Shown one piece after another: positions 50,519 to 61,595 of a DNA stretch of 64,000 nucleotides (the first letter of the stretch is position 1; the number at the start of each line of letters is the position of its first letter). A program made the position numbers and the translations under genes. Source of the DNA: Arenicella xantha (GTDB lineage: Bacteria; Pseudomonadota; Gammaproteobacteria; Arenicellales; Arenicellaceae); NCBI RefSeq assembly GCF_003315245.1, contig NZ_QNRT01000002.1, forward strand, positions 478,206 to 542,205, in the 5' to 3' direction. Under the pieces are notes generated by a model, which saw nothing but the letters and a program-made list of their open reading frames with translations, was not told where the DNA came from and ran no database searches.

Positions 50519-50779
50519 AGGGTTTACACCTTTATTGGGAACATGGTTGGTAGGGGGAATGGTTAAACGTTCTGGGTTAGATGACGTATCCTTGTCAAAT
50601 CGAAGTCAATCCTAAAGTTCGATCAGACTAGCCTTAACTTAAGCGGTATGAACTGTGATAGCTATTATCAAGTTGGATGAGGTTTCGGCAACAAAGAACG
50701 ACGGCCGCGTTCTACAGTAAGCAATTTACTCACGAGGATCCTCATGCCGGCCCCATACTTTGATAATTGCCGGGGCATA

Positions 50780-52348
50780 CTAAATCTCGAATGCGCCGAC
50801 ATCGCATTCGCCATCGAGGTTGATGACGGCGATTTTTTTGCTAGCAGTGACTATCGGAACAAACATACCGGCGATATCACGCACTTCACCGCGTTGATCG
50901 GTCGACGGGCATTGCGATGGGTTTGCAGTGCCGATCGCTGGGCTAGTTAGGCTTAGTGCATGTGTGTCAGTTGAACCACCGTTGTTTGCCAGGGGCAACA
51001 AGCCTGGGTCGCCAAAACGACTAGCCCCGCAGGAAGCATCTTCAATTATGGTAGCGTAGTCTACGGTAATGGTACTGTCGATATTGTCGCAGTCACCATC
51101 ACCAAGAGAATTAGCAATAATACTGTTGCTCAGGTTTATGGTAGCCGAACTTGCTGCAACTCCGCCACCGTATAGGTCAGCTGAATTATCCGAAACAGTG
51201 CTATTAATTAGGGTGATGCTACCGGAGTTAGCGTTAATTCCGCCGCCGCGATAATTCGATAAATTACTCGATACGGTACTGTTAACCAAGCTTACGTTGG
51301 CATAGTTACCAGCAAAAACCCCTCCGCCCGCATAATAAGCCGAATTACTCGACACGCTACTGTTGCTTATGCTCATACGGGTATAGTTACGGGTGAAAAT
51401 ACCGCCGCCGTTGTAGGCGTGATTACTCAATATATTGCTACCACTCAAGCTTGCGCTAGCGTAATCGCTTATCTGAATTCCACCGCCGGAACTAGCCGAA
51501 TTGCCAGACACGGTGCTGTTAATTAGGCTCACGCTGGCTGAGTTGACAGCATGAATTCCGCCGCCTCGAATTGCAAAATTAGCAGACACAATACCACTGT
51601 CGATATTCACGCTGGCAGAATTATGGGCGTAAATTCCACCGCCGTTGTCCGCTAAGTTACTCGATATGACACTGCTATTTAAACTTACGCTGGCTGAGTT
51701 AAGGTAAATTCCACCACCAAGACCTGCGACGTTTTCAGACACTGCACTGTTGTTTAAACTTAAGCTGGTGGACACCGTACTAGCATAGATTCCGCCACCG
51801 CCAAGATTTGCCGAATTACCAAACACTCTGCTGTCGCTTAGGCTTAGCTTGGCCGAGTTGATCGCGACCACGCCACCGCCAATGCTTGCGGATCCGCCAG
51901 TTATATTCAGGTTAAGTAAGCTTACGGTCGCTGAATTAATATAAAGAACACGCGACGCGTTATTTGCGTCAATGGTAATTCCGCCAGTGATGCTGCTGGC
52001 ATTAATCTCAATATTCTTACTTTCAAGCTCAAGCGCGCCGGCCAACAGAGTGATCGTGTTTGATGCCAAACTGTTTGCAAACGTAATCGTGTCGGTGCTC
52101 GTGGGGATACCCCCTGATACGCAGCCGTTGCCGAGACTCGAAGGATTGTTGGCCGACGCAATAGCCTCACGCAAACTGCAGCCAGTGACTGAATTGGTAT
52201 CTAAATTAGAATTAACCGAAATTGTGTTCGCCTGCACCGCACTGTGTGCCAAGCCGAGGCCGATAATGCTCGCGCGAATAGCTAGGTTTAATGGCGTCAA
52301 GCTGATCGCGGTACTTGCACTAGGCTTTTCGATACGATTCGATTTCAT
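50780..52348 (-). CDS. CSLREA-domain parallel beta-helix protein with tandem Pmp-like (polymorphic membrane protein) repeats
   Basis: N-terminal GCSLREAIASAN. About 15 tandem copies of a ~20-22-aa unit (NSASVSLxNSxVSxNxAxxGGGIxx). The C-terminal CDVGAFEI motif is present. Confidence 0.7.
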   Translation of the reverse strand: MKSNRIEKPSASTAISLTPLNLAIRASIIGLGLAHSAVQANTISVNSNLDTNSVTGCSLREAIASANNPSSLGNGCVSGGIPTSTDTITFANSLASNTITLLAGALELESKNIEINASSITGGITIDANNASRVLYINSATVSLLNLNITGGSASIGGGVVAINSAKLSLSDSRVFGNSANLGGGGIYASTVSTSLSLNNSAVSENVAGLGGGIYLNSASVSLNSSVISSNLADNGGGIYAHNSASVNIDSGIVSANFAIRGGGIHAVNSASVSLINSTVSGNSASSGGGIQISDYASASLSGSNILSNHAYNGGGIFTRNYTRMSISNSSVSSNSAYYAGGGVFAGNYANVSLVNSTVSSNLSNYRGGGINANSGSITLINSTVSDNSADLYGGGVAASSATINLSNSIIANSLGDGDCDNIDSTITVDYATIIEDASCGASRFGDPGLLPLANNGGSTDTHALSLTSPAIGTANPSQCPSTDQRGEVRDIAGMFVPIVTASKKIAVINLDGECDVGAFEI

Positions 52349-52513
52349 CGTCTATCCTAGTTTGGTAAAGAGAAGTTATGCACTGATTTACGATTGCATC
52401 TACTCAAGACTAACAGCCTGTTTGCATTATTTTTAACGTGCGTATTCATTAAATTTTTCCTATTTATCAATTTTGGTTCTGCGCTCTTGCTGCGCTTGGC
52501 GAATCAACATCAA

Positions 52514-53581
52514 CTAGAACCTTGCTTCAATTACCATGTTTGTGGCGGTCTCAGTGGCCCGGCGGACATTGCCAAAACCAGCTTGAGTAAGTACGTCAGT
52601 CAGTTTTTTCTCGCCAGCCTGCGCACCAAGACCCAAGCCCACTTCTTGTGCTCGTGATGCCGGAACGCAAACAGTGGTGGAAAAACCATAAAATATAGCG
52701 CCTAGCAAATTAAGGTTCTCTTCCAAACTGTCATTGGCTAATGGCTCGACCAACATGAAGCTGCCATCTTCCTTCATACATTGTTTGATATTTGCGGCAG
52801 CACCGACCGGGTCCCCCATGTCATGCAGCGCATCGAAAATACACACAAAATCAAAATCTCTGTCGGTTATTTCCTTGGCTGAAATTGTGTGAAATTCCAC
52901 ATTTGAGATGCCGGCGGCAAGTGCTTTTGCTTTGGCAGCGTCAATCGATGGTTGATGAAAGTCATAACCATGCACGGTTGAATTGGGGTAGTGTTGTGCC
53001 ATTAATAGACTTGAGGATCCGCGACCACAACCAATGTCTGCGACCTTTCCGCCCTGTTGTAGCTTTTCGTCAACGCCCTGCATCGCGGGGATCCAGTTAG
53101 CTATTAGGTTTACTTGATAGCCTGGGCGAAAAAATCGATCCGTGCCACAAAAGCAACCAGGATTATGATCACCCCAAGCACGACCCTCGCCAGTTTTTAG
53201 TGTCTCAATAGCTGTTTCGCTTTCCATTACTTGTGTAATTACTGATTGAAAAAAGCCTTGCAGACAAGTTGGCTCGCCTTCGTGCGCAAACAACGCTGCT
53301 TGCTCAGGGCTTAGTCCAAATTCACTGGTCTGCGGGTTATAGTCTATGTATCCTGCAGCCGCATTGGCCGACAGCCACTCAAGCAAATAACGCTCATCTA
53401 CATTCGCCTTTTGCGCCAACACCTCTGCCGTACATGCCCCCGCTTGATCCAAGGCTTTATATATCCCTGCTTGATCGCCCATGTAGGCCATAAACAGCCC
53501 CATGGCGCCGCCAATGTCGGCGAAGACTTTGCCAAAAAGCTGATTAAATTTTTCTTCGTTAATGTCCACTTCATTCTCCAA
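52514..53581 (-). CDS. Class I SAM-dependent methyltransferase
   Basis: Motif I VADIGCGRGSSSLLMAQ, acidic motif II …VHGYDF…, motif IV FDFVCIFDALHDMGDP. The N-terminal helical domain resembles the dimerisation domain of small-molecule MTases. Confidence 0.75.
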   Translation of the reverse strand: MENEVDINEEKFNQLFGKVFADIGGAMGLFMAYMGDQAGIYKALDQAGACTAEVLAQKANVDERYLLEWLSANAAAGYIDYNPQTSEFGLSPEQAALFAHEGEPTCLQGFFQSVITQVMESETAIETLKTGEGRAWGDHNPGCFCGTDRFFRPGYQVNLIANWIPAMQGVDEKLQQGGKVADIGCGRGSSSLLMAQHYPNSTVHGYDFHQPSIDAAKAKALAAGISNVEFHTISAKEITDRDFDFVCIFDALHDMGDPVGAAANIKQCMKEDGSFMLVEPLANDSLEENLNLLGAIFYGFSTTVCVPASRAQEVGLGLGAQAGEKKLTDVLTQAGFGNVRRATETATNMVIEARF

Positions 53582-53903
53582 ATTAATACACGATCAAACG
53601 TATTTATGCGGTGGTCCTCACCTGTCACTACACAACTTTGTGCAACAGCGGCTCGCATAAAATGCATTCAATTAGTTAGCGCTTGCTCAAGCTCGATCAT
53701 GGTAAACACCCTAAAGCGAACCACTATTCGGAACTTCACGCGCAGTAATATTACGCCGCAGTGTGCTACCCTCACTCTGCTTGGCATAACTTGACATCAG
53801 TCATTTTAGCTCTAAGCTGCGTATAAATTACTTAGGGAATTCTTGTGATTTTCTTGTGATTTCCCTATATTTTGCTGTCTATGGATGATTTAGATAAATA
53901 GTT

Positions 53904-55526
53904 TTGAAATACCAACTCGATGGTTACGAACTTTGCACTAACGCGATGGAGCTAACGCGTTTTGGCCGCCCACAACGAACCGAACCGCTGCATATTAAAT
54001 TACTGACGTTCATGTTTCAGAACCCAAACAGGGTATTGTTGTATGAAGAGCTAGTGGCGGCAGTATGGTATCCAGCTGTGGTATCAAACTCTGCGCTGAA
54101 TGCAGCAATAAGCAATACCCGAAAAGCCTTAGGTGATAGTGGAAAGTGTCAGAAATACATCAAGACTGTGTCAGGGTCTGGGTACCGTTTTATTGCCGAT
54201 TTCAGCATCATCGATACACCACAATTTGCTAATTACGCGCAAAACAGCTCTCAAAACGTGAAGCTTCCACGTTCCGATCAAACGAACTCTACACATAAAG
54301 AACCGGCACTACCCAACAAACCATCCATCGCCGTACTCGATTTTGATTGTGTGGCGGCAGACCAATTCAGCACCTTGTTCGCACGCGGGCTTTGTATCGA
54401 TATCAACGCACAACTCTCTCGACAGTCACATATATTTACCATCGCTAGAGCGTCCGCAGCCCGGCTAAACCCCAACCTAATGCGGCCCGAAGATATTGGT
54501 CGGATTCTTGGTGTGCGGTATTTAGTGTACGGACACGTTTTGCATACCGGTTCACAGTTTCGCATTACACTGTCAATCACCGATGCGACTCAAGATTGTG
54601 AGATTTGGTCAGAACAATTTGATTGCAGCGCTGATGGTCTTTTAATGCTGCAATTGGAAATTATACTGGCCATCGCCAGCGCGATTGATCGCGCGGTCGA
54701 GACCTGTGAAATCGAACGAGCTTTCCTGTTACCAACTGAAGATTTAAACGCATGGGAGGCGTATCACAGAGGGCTTTGGCATATAGATAAACCAACACCA
54801 AAAGACATTGCCATTGCTCAAGCTCACTTTCAATACGCGATCAAACTTGACCCACGTCTTTGCAGAGCCTACGCAGGACTTTCAATTATTCACACCAATA
54901 AAGTTTTCATCAACGTAGACGGCAATACCACTGAAGACATGTCTCAGGCCAGCGATTATGCCAAAAGAGCTATCGAACACGGAGACCGAGATGCATTAGC
55001 GCATTGGTCTTGGGGCAAGGTATTATTCCTTGCTGGAGAGCATCAACAATCTCTTCAGGTTTACCGCAACGTCGTGTCCCTAAGCCCCAGCTACGCGCAC
55101 GCCTACGTGGCTATCGCGGCAGTATGTGCGCACCATGATAAAAATACTGAGGCTTTAACCCACATCGCGCAAGGTGAACGCTTGAGCCCATGCGACCCCT
55201 TACAATTTGCCCAAGACTCGATGCGCGCAGTGGCTTTGGCAAATCTGCAACATTATCAACAAGCCGCCGACTCGGCCGTAAACGCAGTCGCGGCCCCAAA
55301 TGCCTACTTTATGACCTATGCGGTGGCTGCCGCCTGCCTCTACTTATCCCAAGATATTCAATCAGCAAAAGCCATGGCCGACAAGGCCCTACAATGCCAA
55401 CCAGACTTTTCTGTTTCGGCCTACCAACGTTGCTTTCCAGCTAGTGATGAATCGTCTAGATCTGATTTCATTGAGGCAATGATTGCTTCAGGTTTACCAA
55501 GAACTCAGACAGTTAGTCAGAATTAA
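53904..55526 (+). CDS. CadC/ToxR-type winged-helix transcriptional regulator fused to a TPR-like domain (no obvious TM)
   Basis: N-terminal OmpR/PhoB-like wHTH (…LLYEELVAAVWYPAVVSNSALNAAISNTRKALGD…YIKTVSGSGYRFIA). The C-terminal half is helical-repeat rich. Confidence 0.6.
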   Translation: MKYQLDGYELCTNAMELTRFGRPQRTEPLHIKLLTFMFQNPNRVLLYEELVAAVWYPAVVSNSALNAAISNTRKALGDSGKCQKYIKTVSGSGYRFIADFSIIDTPQFANYAQNSSQNVKLPRSDQTNSTHKEPALPNKPSIAVLDFDCVAADQFSTLFARGLCIDINAQLSRQSHIFTIARASAARLNPNLMRPEDIGRILGVRYLVYGHVLHTGSQFRITLSITDATQDCEIWSEQFDCSADGLLMLQLEIILAIASAIDRAVETCEIERAFLLPTEDLNAWEAYHRGLWHIDKPTPKDIAIAQAHFQYAIKLDPRLCRAYAGLSIIHTNKVFINVDGNTTEDMSQASDYAKRAIEHGDRDALAHWSWGKVLFLAGEHQQSLQVYRNVVSLSPSYAHAYVAIAAVCAHHDKNTEALTHIAQGERLSPCDPLQFAQDSMRAVALANLQHYQQAADSAVNAVAAPNAYFMTYAVAAACLYLSQDIQSAKAMADKALQCQPDFSVSAYQRCFPASDESSRSDFIEAMIASGLPRTQTVSQN

Positions 55527-55617
55527 ATAGACAAGTAAGCGTTCACATCAGCCGGAACCGAGGGCCGATCACGCAAATTGCCATATAACTAACCATTATC
55601 ACTTGCTAGTAGCATCG

Positions 55618-56027
55618 TTAGCCTTCAATTAACCGCATTTTAGTGCCCGCAGCTCCGTTGAGCTGAACTAATCGCTGCCCCCACGACTCAGTCAACTCAC
55701 AGTCTTGATCCATGATAAATTCCATTCGGTAGAATTTTGCATCACACCGAAAGACCAACTCATCAAGCTGACCTGATACCTGGTCGACGGTGAAGCGATT
55801 CACCAGTAGCCAGCATAGTTCATACCCACGATCTGATTTTTGAGCATTGCTCGCAACGATTCCCGCTCGGCTGTAACCTTTTCGATCTGTCTTAAGGGTT
55901 CGGCAAAAGGCCCCGATTCAAGATTGACTAAATTCAGCAGTTGCCAATGACTTCCCTTAAACTGTTGAAGATATTGAACCTGCATCAATATCGCCTCTAG
56001 GCTAACGTCTTTAGACCTGACTATCAC
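55618..56027 (-). CDS. Two small overlapping ORFs (75 aa and 61 aa, ATGA overlap); possible two-gene module such as a TA pair, or one frameshifted gene
   Basis: The ORFs 55800..56027 and 55618..55803 are translationally coupled. Neither matches a motif I recognise. Confidence 0.25.
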
Positions 56028-56381
56028 CGTGTGCTCTGCGGTGAAAAAGCTAGTGCCCTAAACAAAATTGGGAACACTGTTCACCGACCTTTTACAAAGC
56101 GCGCATAGAATTCTTCTGCCTTCCTTTTTAGGCAGCCCAACTTCCTATGACGAAAAATCATGCTAGTAGACCGTAACCTAGTTTAGAGTCTAGACTCGAG
56201 GAACAACTGGAAAATCGTGATCTAGCATTTATAAGTCTAGTGAACATATCGGTCCAGCATAAATACCTGGCGAGCGCTAAGTCATTGAGGTGTACTTTTC
56301 GATCGAACCGACTAGGCCTTAAAGGCGATCTGCTCGCGCGTTTTGCAATTATTTTTAACGATGTTGTAGTGGAGGCTTTGA

Positions 56382-58253
56382 ATGACAATTAAGCGGTTGA
56401 TGATAGTCGGAAAATTTTTAGGTATTTGCGCATTAGTACTGATTGTCTCAATCTGGTTAGCGAGTGTGCTCGATCAACCAGAGCTGGTTGAATGGCAAGA
56501 CCCGTGGCAGCAAAAACGCGAACATGTGCAAGCCCAAGACTATATGGTTGTCGCCGGCACGCCATGGGCAGCTCAGGCCGCGGCCGACATATTAGACAAT
56601 GGTGGCAACGCGTTTGATGCAGCGGTGGCGGCTCTATTAGTATTGAACGTTACCTTTGGTGAAGCGGCCAGCTTTCCGAGCATTGCGCCATTACTAATTT
56701 ATGACGCTAAAAATAATGAATCGCGTTCCTATGTCGGTGTAGGCACAGCACCAGCCGCCGCTACGATTGACGCTTTCAATGCCCGAGGGTTTAAAGTTGT
56801 ACCCAAAATGGACATCTACTCGCAGTTGATCCCTGCATCGCCAGATGTGATTGCCCGCTTACTCAGCCAGTATGGCACTCGATCTTTTAAAGAAGTCAGC
56901 GCACCTGCGATACAGATTGCTACGGATGGTTTTCCCGTACATAAAATCATGTTGCGTAACCTCGACCTCAATGTGTTTGAGCGATTTGCTTATAATTATT
57001 TATTACCTTATAACGCGAAGGTGTACCTCGATAACCGGTGGTGGCGCCCTTTGCGTCATAAACAAAGGTTTACGCGGCCCGATTTAGCCAAGACGTTAAG
57101 CCAGTTAGCTCAAGCAGAAACGAAAGCGCTCCTAAATGGCGGAGATCGCAATGCCGGTTTACAAGCAATGCGAGATTATTTCTATAACGGCCCGTTAGCT
57201 GAGAAGATTGTTAAATTGCATAAGGAAAAGTCAGGCTTGATTAGCGCTGATGATTTGGCAAACTATTCTGGCCATTGGGAAAAACCATTGTCCGGCGATT
57301 TTCAGGATTTCGAGATTCAAACCAACGGCACATGGACCCAAGGTATTGTTGTGCCAATGGTGCTACAGATACTAGATGGTATCGACTTAAAATCCATGGG
57401 CCATAACTCAGAGCAGTACGTTCATACGGTTGCCCAAGCAATTGAATTAGTAATGGCTGACCGAGAAACCTTTATTGGCGACCCTGAGTTTAATGACGTG
57501 CCGATTGAGCAGTTATTGAGCAAAGAATATGCGGCTTTACGCCGTGGTTTAATGAACAAGAAGGCCTTTAACGCCATCCCCAATGCCGGTGCGCCGCTTG
57601 AGATGCAAGCAAATGGTGAGCAAGTTAATTTGAATGCGCACGTGGCATCGCTGTATAACAAAACGATTGGTAGAGACACCAGCTACCTTAGTATTGTAGA
57701 CAAAGATGGCAACGCGGTATCGATGACACCAAGCGACTTCCCACACTCTCCGATGGTGCCAGACACTGGTATGACGCTGGGTATTCGGATGACGCAATTC
57801 AGGCTAGATGACACTCATCCATCATCATTAGAGCCAGGCAAACGCCCACGGGTAACTCCTCATGCACTGATGGTTTTTAACAAGTCTGATCAATCGCTTT
57901 ATATGAGTTTAGGAACCCCTGGGGCTGATATGCAAACCCAGGCGTTAATTCAAGTTCTTCTAAATCACTTGGTGTTTGATATGGACATTCAAACAGCAGT
58001 AGACCAGCCCCGTTTTCGCTCGAGGAACTTACCAGACTCTTTTTCACCGCACAGCTATTCACCGGCCACCTTGGATCTAGAGGATGACTTGTATCAGTCG
58101 ATCTCGGTAAGCTTGAATAAACGTGGCTATACCACCAAGCGTTTTGAAAAGCTGCACAATCATTTTAGCGCCGTAGGCGCTATTGTGCTAAAAAATAACC
58201 GCTTGTTTGCCGGTGCCGACCCGAGAGAAGGCACCACCGCGATCGGTCATTAG
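56382..58253 (+). CDS. Gamma-glutamyltransferase (GGT) family protein with N-terminal membrane anchor
   Basis: Autoprocessing/nucleophile region DTSYLSIVDKDGNAVSMTPS (T-nucleophile context) and GGT collinearity. N-terminal TM/signal. Confidence 0.75.
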   Translation: MTIKRLMIVGKFLGICALVLIVSIWLASVLDQPELVEWQDPWQQKREHVQAQDYMVVAGTPWAAQAAADILDNGGNAFDAAVAALLVLNVTFGEAASFPSIAPLLIYDAKNNESRSYVGVGTAPAAATIDAFNARGFKVVPKMDIYSQLIPASPDVIARLLSQYGTRSFKEVSAPAIQIATDGFPVHKIMLRNLDLNVFERFAYNYLLPYNAKVYLDNRWWRPLRHKQRFTRPDLAKTLSQLAQAETKALLNGGDRNAGLQAMRDYFYNGPLAEKIVKLHKEKSGLISADDLANYSGHWEKPLSGDFQDFEIQTNGTWTQGIVVPMVLQILDGIDLKSMGHNSEQYVHTVAQAIELVMADRETFIGDPEFNDVPIEQLLSKEYAALRRGLMNKKAFNAIPNAGAPLEMQANGEQVNLNAHVASLYNKTIGRDTSYLSIVDKDGNAVSMTPSDFPHSPMVPDTGMTLGIRMTQFRLDDTHPSSLEPGKRPRVTPHALMVFNKSDQSLYMSLGTPGADMQTQALIQVLLNHLVFDMDIQTAVDQPRFRSRNLPDSFSPHSYSPATLDLEDDLYQSISVSLNKRGYTTKRFEKLHNHFSAVGAIVLKNNRLFAGADPREGTTAIGH

Positions 58254-58335
58254 AACAATTCCTACTTAGCGGCATAAGCGCACAACTCTGCATGTTAATT
58301 ACTGGTTTCTGCGTACACCGAAGCCACACCTAACA

Positions 58336-60066
58336 TTACAAACAAACCAGAGCGCCTTTGCCGTTACTCGGGAGTATCGGAAAACAAAGCTCATCGCGGT
58401 ACTCTACCGCGCCGATATCGCATGCCCTGCCATCAAAACGCGAAGAACGTAATTGGTCGTCTCTAAACGGCGGTGGTGGCAGCGCTGCCGATTGGATTAC
58501 CGTCTCTGTACCACGACAGCCTTGTATGTAAACTGTTTGTGGCCCACTTGGCGACGAGATTGTAAAGGTATCTATAAAAGCAACGGCAGCGTCAATCGCT
58601 GGGCTCCCACTGGCCAATGCGTGATGCGCACGACTTGTTCCGCTCTGCTGGAGCGGCTTAATAATTCCATTTAGCGCCGTTGGTCGATCACCATCCACAG
58701 TGAGAATTAGATTATCGTTCTGCGAAAAATTATAAGCAATAGGTGGCGAGTCAGGCGCAGCTTTGTAAGTTGCTTGATGGGACGAAAAAGTAAATGCTTC
58801 CGATGAGCCAAACACCGAATGGCTAGGGATAAAGTTAGTTTTATTGTCATAGATCAAAAAAATATTCTTGCCCGACGACAGAGATGCATCTGCACCAAGG
58901 TTGCCGGCTATAATGGAATTCGTGATAAAAAATTTGCTATTCAATTCATTTGCCGCATGGGTAAAGGCGACATTGACCGCGGCGAAATCACCCAAGTTAT
59001 TCGCAATAGTAGAATTCGTTATCAAAAGGTCAACTTGCCCAAGCGCACCCGATATAGCACTCCCCGATTTGGCTCTATTACCGGAAAGGGTTGAGTCGAG
59101 GATCGACACATTTAAATTGCGGCTGATTCGAAGGGCTCCACCGGTCGACGTGCTGATTGATCCTTCTTTGTAACAAGTATTGTTTGCGAAAGCCGATCGC
59201 ATAATAACAACTCTCGGTCTAAGATCAGACGTGACAACGCCAGTTTTTCCACTAGCGATATTAATGGCGCCGCCGGAGCACCCCCTATTTAGACTTGAAT
59301 CAGTCTCAGCGACGTTGGCTTGAAACACGCTATCGATAATTGTTACATTGCCAAACAAGTTGCTGATTGTAATCGCGCCTCCAGACAGTAATCGAGATGC
59401 GCTATTATCACTGCTGTTTACACGAGCTCCGTTACTAATAAATCTCGTGTTTTCAATGGTGACATCTGCGCCATCCACACCGTTGAAAAAGATTGCCCCA
59501 CCTACTGCCCCGCTATTAGAGTCCACACTTGTCGCTGCATTCTGTAGAAAGTCAGAATTACGGATAGTCAAACTGCCACCAATCACACTGACCGCCCCTC
59601 CGCGCGGTGTAGTAGTCATACCTGGAAGCGAGTGGTTTCCTTTAGAGAAAATCAAATTCTCTAAAGTGAGAGAGGCTTGCAGCACACTAATAAACCTGAA
59701 TGGTTGACTGGCAGAATTAGCTCGCGTAATCAAAGCCTTGCCACCCACGCCACGAATCGTGAGTGGATCCACATTGGTATATTCTATAAATGCATTCCGC
59801 GCATCATGCGCCTGAGTGACGTGTGTTTCAATTGAGCTCGGCACCAATATCAAATTTGAAAAAGGTTGAGTGGCACTACTAGTTGCCAACACGCAACCAC
59901 CGACACTACTTTCTACATTCATCGATTGCATTGCTTCAGACAAACTGCAACCACCGGCATCCGTAGCCGAGTCTACGGTGGTTTCCCATACCGACGGTGC
60001 TGATCGCGCCAGCGCACCGTAAGAGCAACACAACACCGATACCAATATTAATGCTAGACCTTTCAT
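58336..60066 (-). CDS. Secreted CSLREA-domain parallel beta-helix protein ending in ACDIGAVEY…ELCFPILPSNGKGALVCL
   Basis: Signal peptide. N-terminal GGCSLSEAMQSMN (CSLREA-like). Beta-helix repeats of the form N…G. The C-terminal CDIGAVE motif resembles that of 50780..52348; the final 18 aa match the tail of 38043..39530. Confidence 0.6.
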   Translation of the reverse strand: MKGLALILVSVLCCSYGALARSAPSVWETTVDSATDAGGCSLSEAMQSMNVESSVGGCVLATSSATQPFSNLILVPSSIETHVTQAHDARNAFIEYTNVDPLTIRGVGGKALITRANSASQPFRFISVLQASLTLENLIFSKGNHSLPGMTTTPRGGAVSVIGGSLTIRNSDFLQNAATSVDSNSGAVGGAIFFNGVDGADVTIENTRFISNGARVNSSDNSASRLLSGGAITISNLFGNVTIIDSVFQANVAETDSSLNRGCSGGAINIASGKTGVVTSDLRPRVVIMRSAFANNTCYKEGSISTSTGGALRISRNLNVSILDSTLSGNRAKSGSAISGALGQVDLLITNSTIANNLGDFAAVNVAFTHAANELNSKFFITNSIIAGNLGADASLSSGKNIFLIYDNKTNFIPSHSVFGSSEAFTFSSHQATYKAAPDSPPIAYNFSQNDNLILTVDGDRPTALNGIIKPLQQSGTSRAHHALASGSPAIDAAVAFIDTFTISSPSGPQTVYIQGCRGTETVIQSAALPPPPFRDDQLRSSRFDGRACDIGAVEYRDELCFPILPSNGKGALVCL

Positions 60067-60383
60067 AGACTCTCCCTAAAAACGTATTCTCACGCGTATG
60101 CACAAAGACCGAAGAGTCTAACCTTGTTGGACAATAATGAAATTATCCTATGATAATTTCGCTCTATTTTTTGAACGTTGCCATAAGAAACTATGTGCAC
60201 GACGATCATTCAAAAAAAACAAGAATAAAACAAACGTGACCAATGAGTTAACGCAGTATCTCTGCTGTTTATTACTACGAGTCAGCAGTCTAAAACCCCA
60301 CGCTGATTCGCCAGTTAGCGTATTGATGCAGTGTATTGATCATGATTTTGAGTAATATAGTGGTACTCGTTCTCAGGGATGTG

Positions 60384-60767
60384 CTATTTCCAAAAATACT
60401 TCTGAGTCGCTAAACTACTTACTTGATACTTTTCAATTACCCGTCTGGGCTCGAACACATTGAATTCGGCATGCCAAAAGTACCATTGCTTATGACCAAT
60501 AACTACGGTGCCGTGCTCTCTATACAGCTCGCACAGCGACACCGGAATCTTGAACCCGTGCGTATCTTCAAGTAACTCGTTCAACTCCTCACGCGAGAAT
60601 TCCTTCACCCACTTCGGTAAATAACACTCTCCAACATTTCGCTCATAGCCCTCTCCCAGATGGGTACTGTAGTCAGTCAGAAAACGTTCGAAACAGACCA
60701 AGTAATCCGTAAGCGAAACATTGCCTGGTAGAATCAATTGATCAAAATACTGAGTCGAACTAGTCAT
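60384..60767 (-). CDS. Hypothetical cytoplasmic protein (127 aa)
   Basis: Trp/Tyr/Glu-rich with no motifs I can name. Weak call. Confidence 0.3.
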   Translation of the reverse strand: MTSSTQYFDQLILPGNVSLTDYLVCFERFLTDYSTHLGEGYERNVGECYLPKWVKEFSREELNELLEDTHGFKIPVSLCELYREHGTVVIGHKQWYFWHAEFNVFEPRRVIEKYQVSSLATQKYFWK

Positions 60768-60951
60768 TCTTATACGCGTAGTGAGCTGGATTGAAGACGA
60801 CCTTTAAAAAGTTCGCTTCCTGCGTCTCTCGTATTGTCCAGAGATACAGCGCTAGATCAGTTCAAGACAGGTTTGCTAGCATGTTGCTGAGCACATGAGA
60901 TACTTTGGGCTAAAAACTCACACAGAAGAACAGCTTAAGGTTGAATCCAAC

Positions 60952-61560
60952 TTACTCAGGCAAACTATTTAAATAGTCGATCAACCGAGTAAAGTCATCA
61001 GCTGACGATACCGCGGCAAGGATGACTTGGTAGCGACCATTAACAACGAAGCTCGGCACGCTTTGAACCTTGCGGTTAATCCCCTCCTTATTCATCTGAC
61101 GCAGTTTAGTATCCGCTGAGAAAGATCTAAATAACTGTTCAACTTTTAGGCGCTCATAGCCAATATCGACAAAATAGCCGATGATCTCCTCATCACTATC
61201 GAATAAGTCTTGCTGCAGGTGAATTCGCTCAAAAATCGCATTTTTATATTGTTCGGCATGGAGCAAGGTCATCAATACAAATACTTTCTGAGACTGTTTG
61301 GCTTTTCTACCGCCATAAGGCATGTGCACACGACGCAAATTGATCTCTGGCATTGCGGCTTGCATTGACTCTACTAATGGTTCCATGGCGTAGCAACCGG
61401 GGCAGCTGAACGAGAAAAACTCGACCACCTCTGGTGATTCTGAAAGTGTAGAGTGCTCAACAACAGAATAATGAGTGCCTTCTACAAAGCTTTGTGCCTG
61501 AGCCGATTGAACGACAAACAGTGACAGGCATAACGCTAAAGCTATAAGTATGGCTCTCAT
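60952..61560 (-). CDS. dsbA: DsbA-family periplasmic thiol:disulfide oxidoreductase (active site CPGC)
   Basis: Signal peptide MRAILIALALCLSLFVVQSAQA. FFSFSCPGCYAMEP thioredoxin-fold active site. DsbA-like length. Confidence 0.7.
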   Translation of the reverse strand: MRAILIALALCLSLFVVQSAQAQSFVEGTHYSVVEHSTLSESPEVVEFFSFSCPGCYAMEPLVESMQAAMPEINLRRVHMPYGGRKAKQSQKVFVLMTLLHAEQYKNAIFERIHLQQDLFDSDEEIIGYFVDIGYERLKVEQLFRSFSADTKLRQMNKEGINRKVQSVPSFVVNGRYQVILAAVSSADDFTRLIDYLNSLPE

Positions 61561-61595
61561 CGTAAAAACACGATTGCTAATATAAAAACAGCTGA

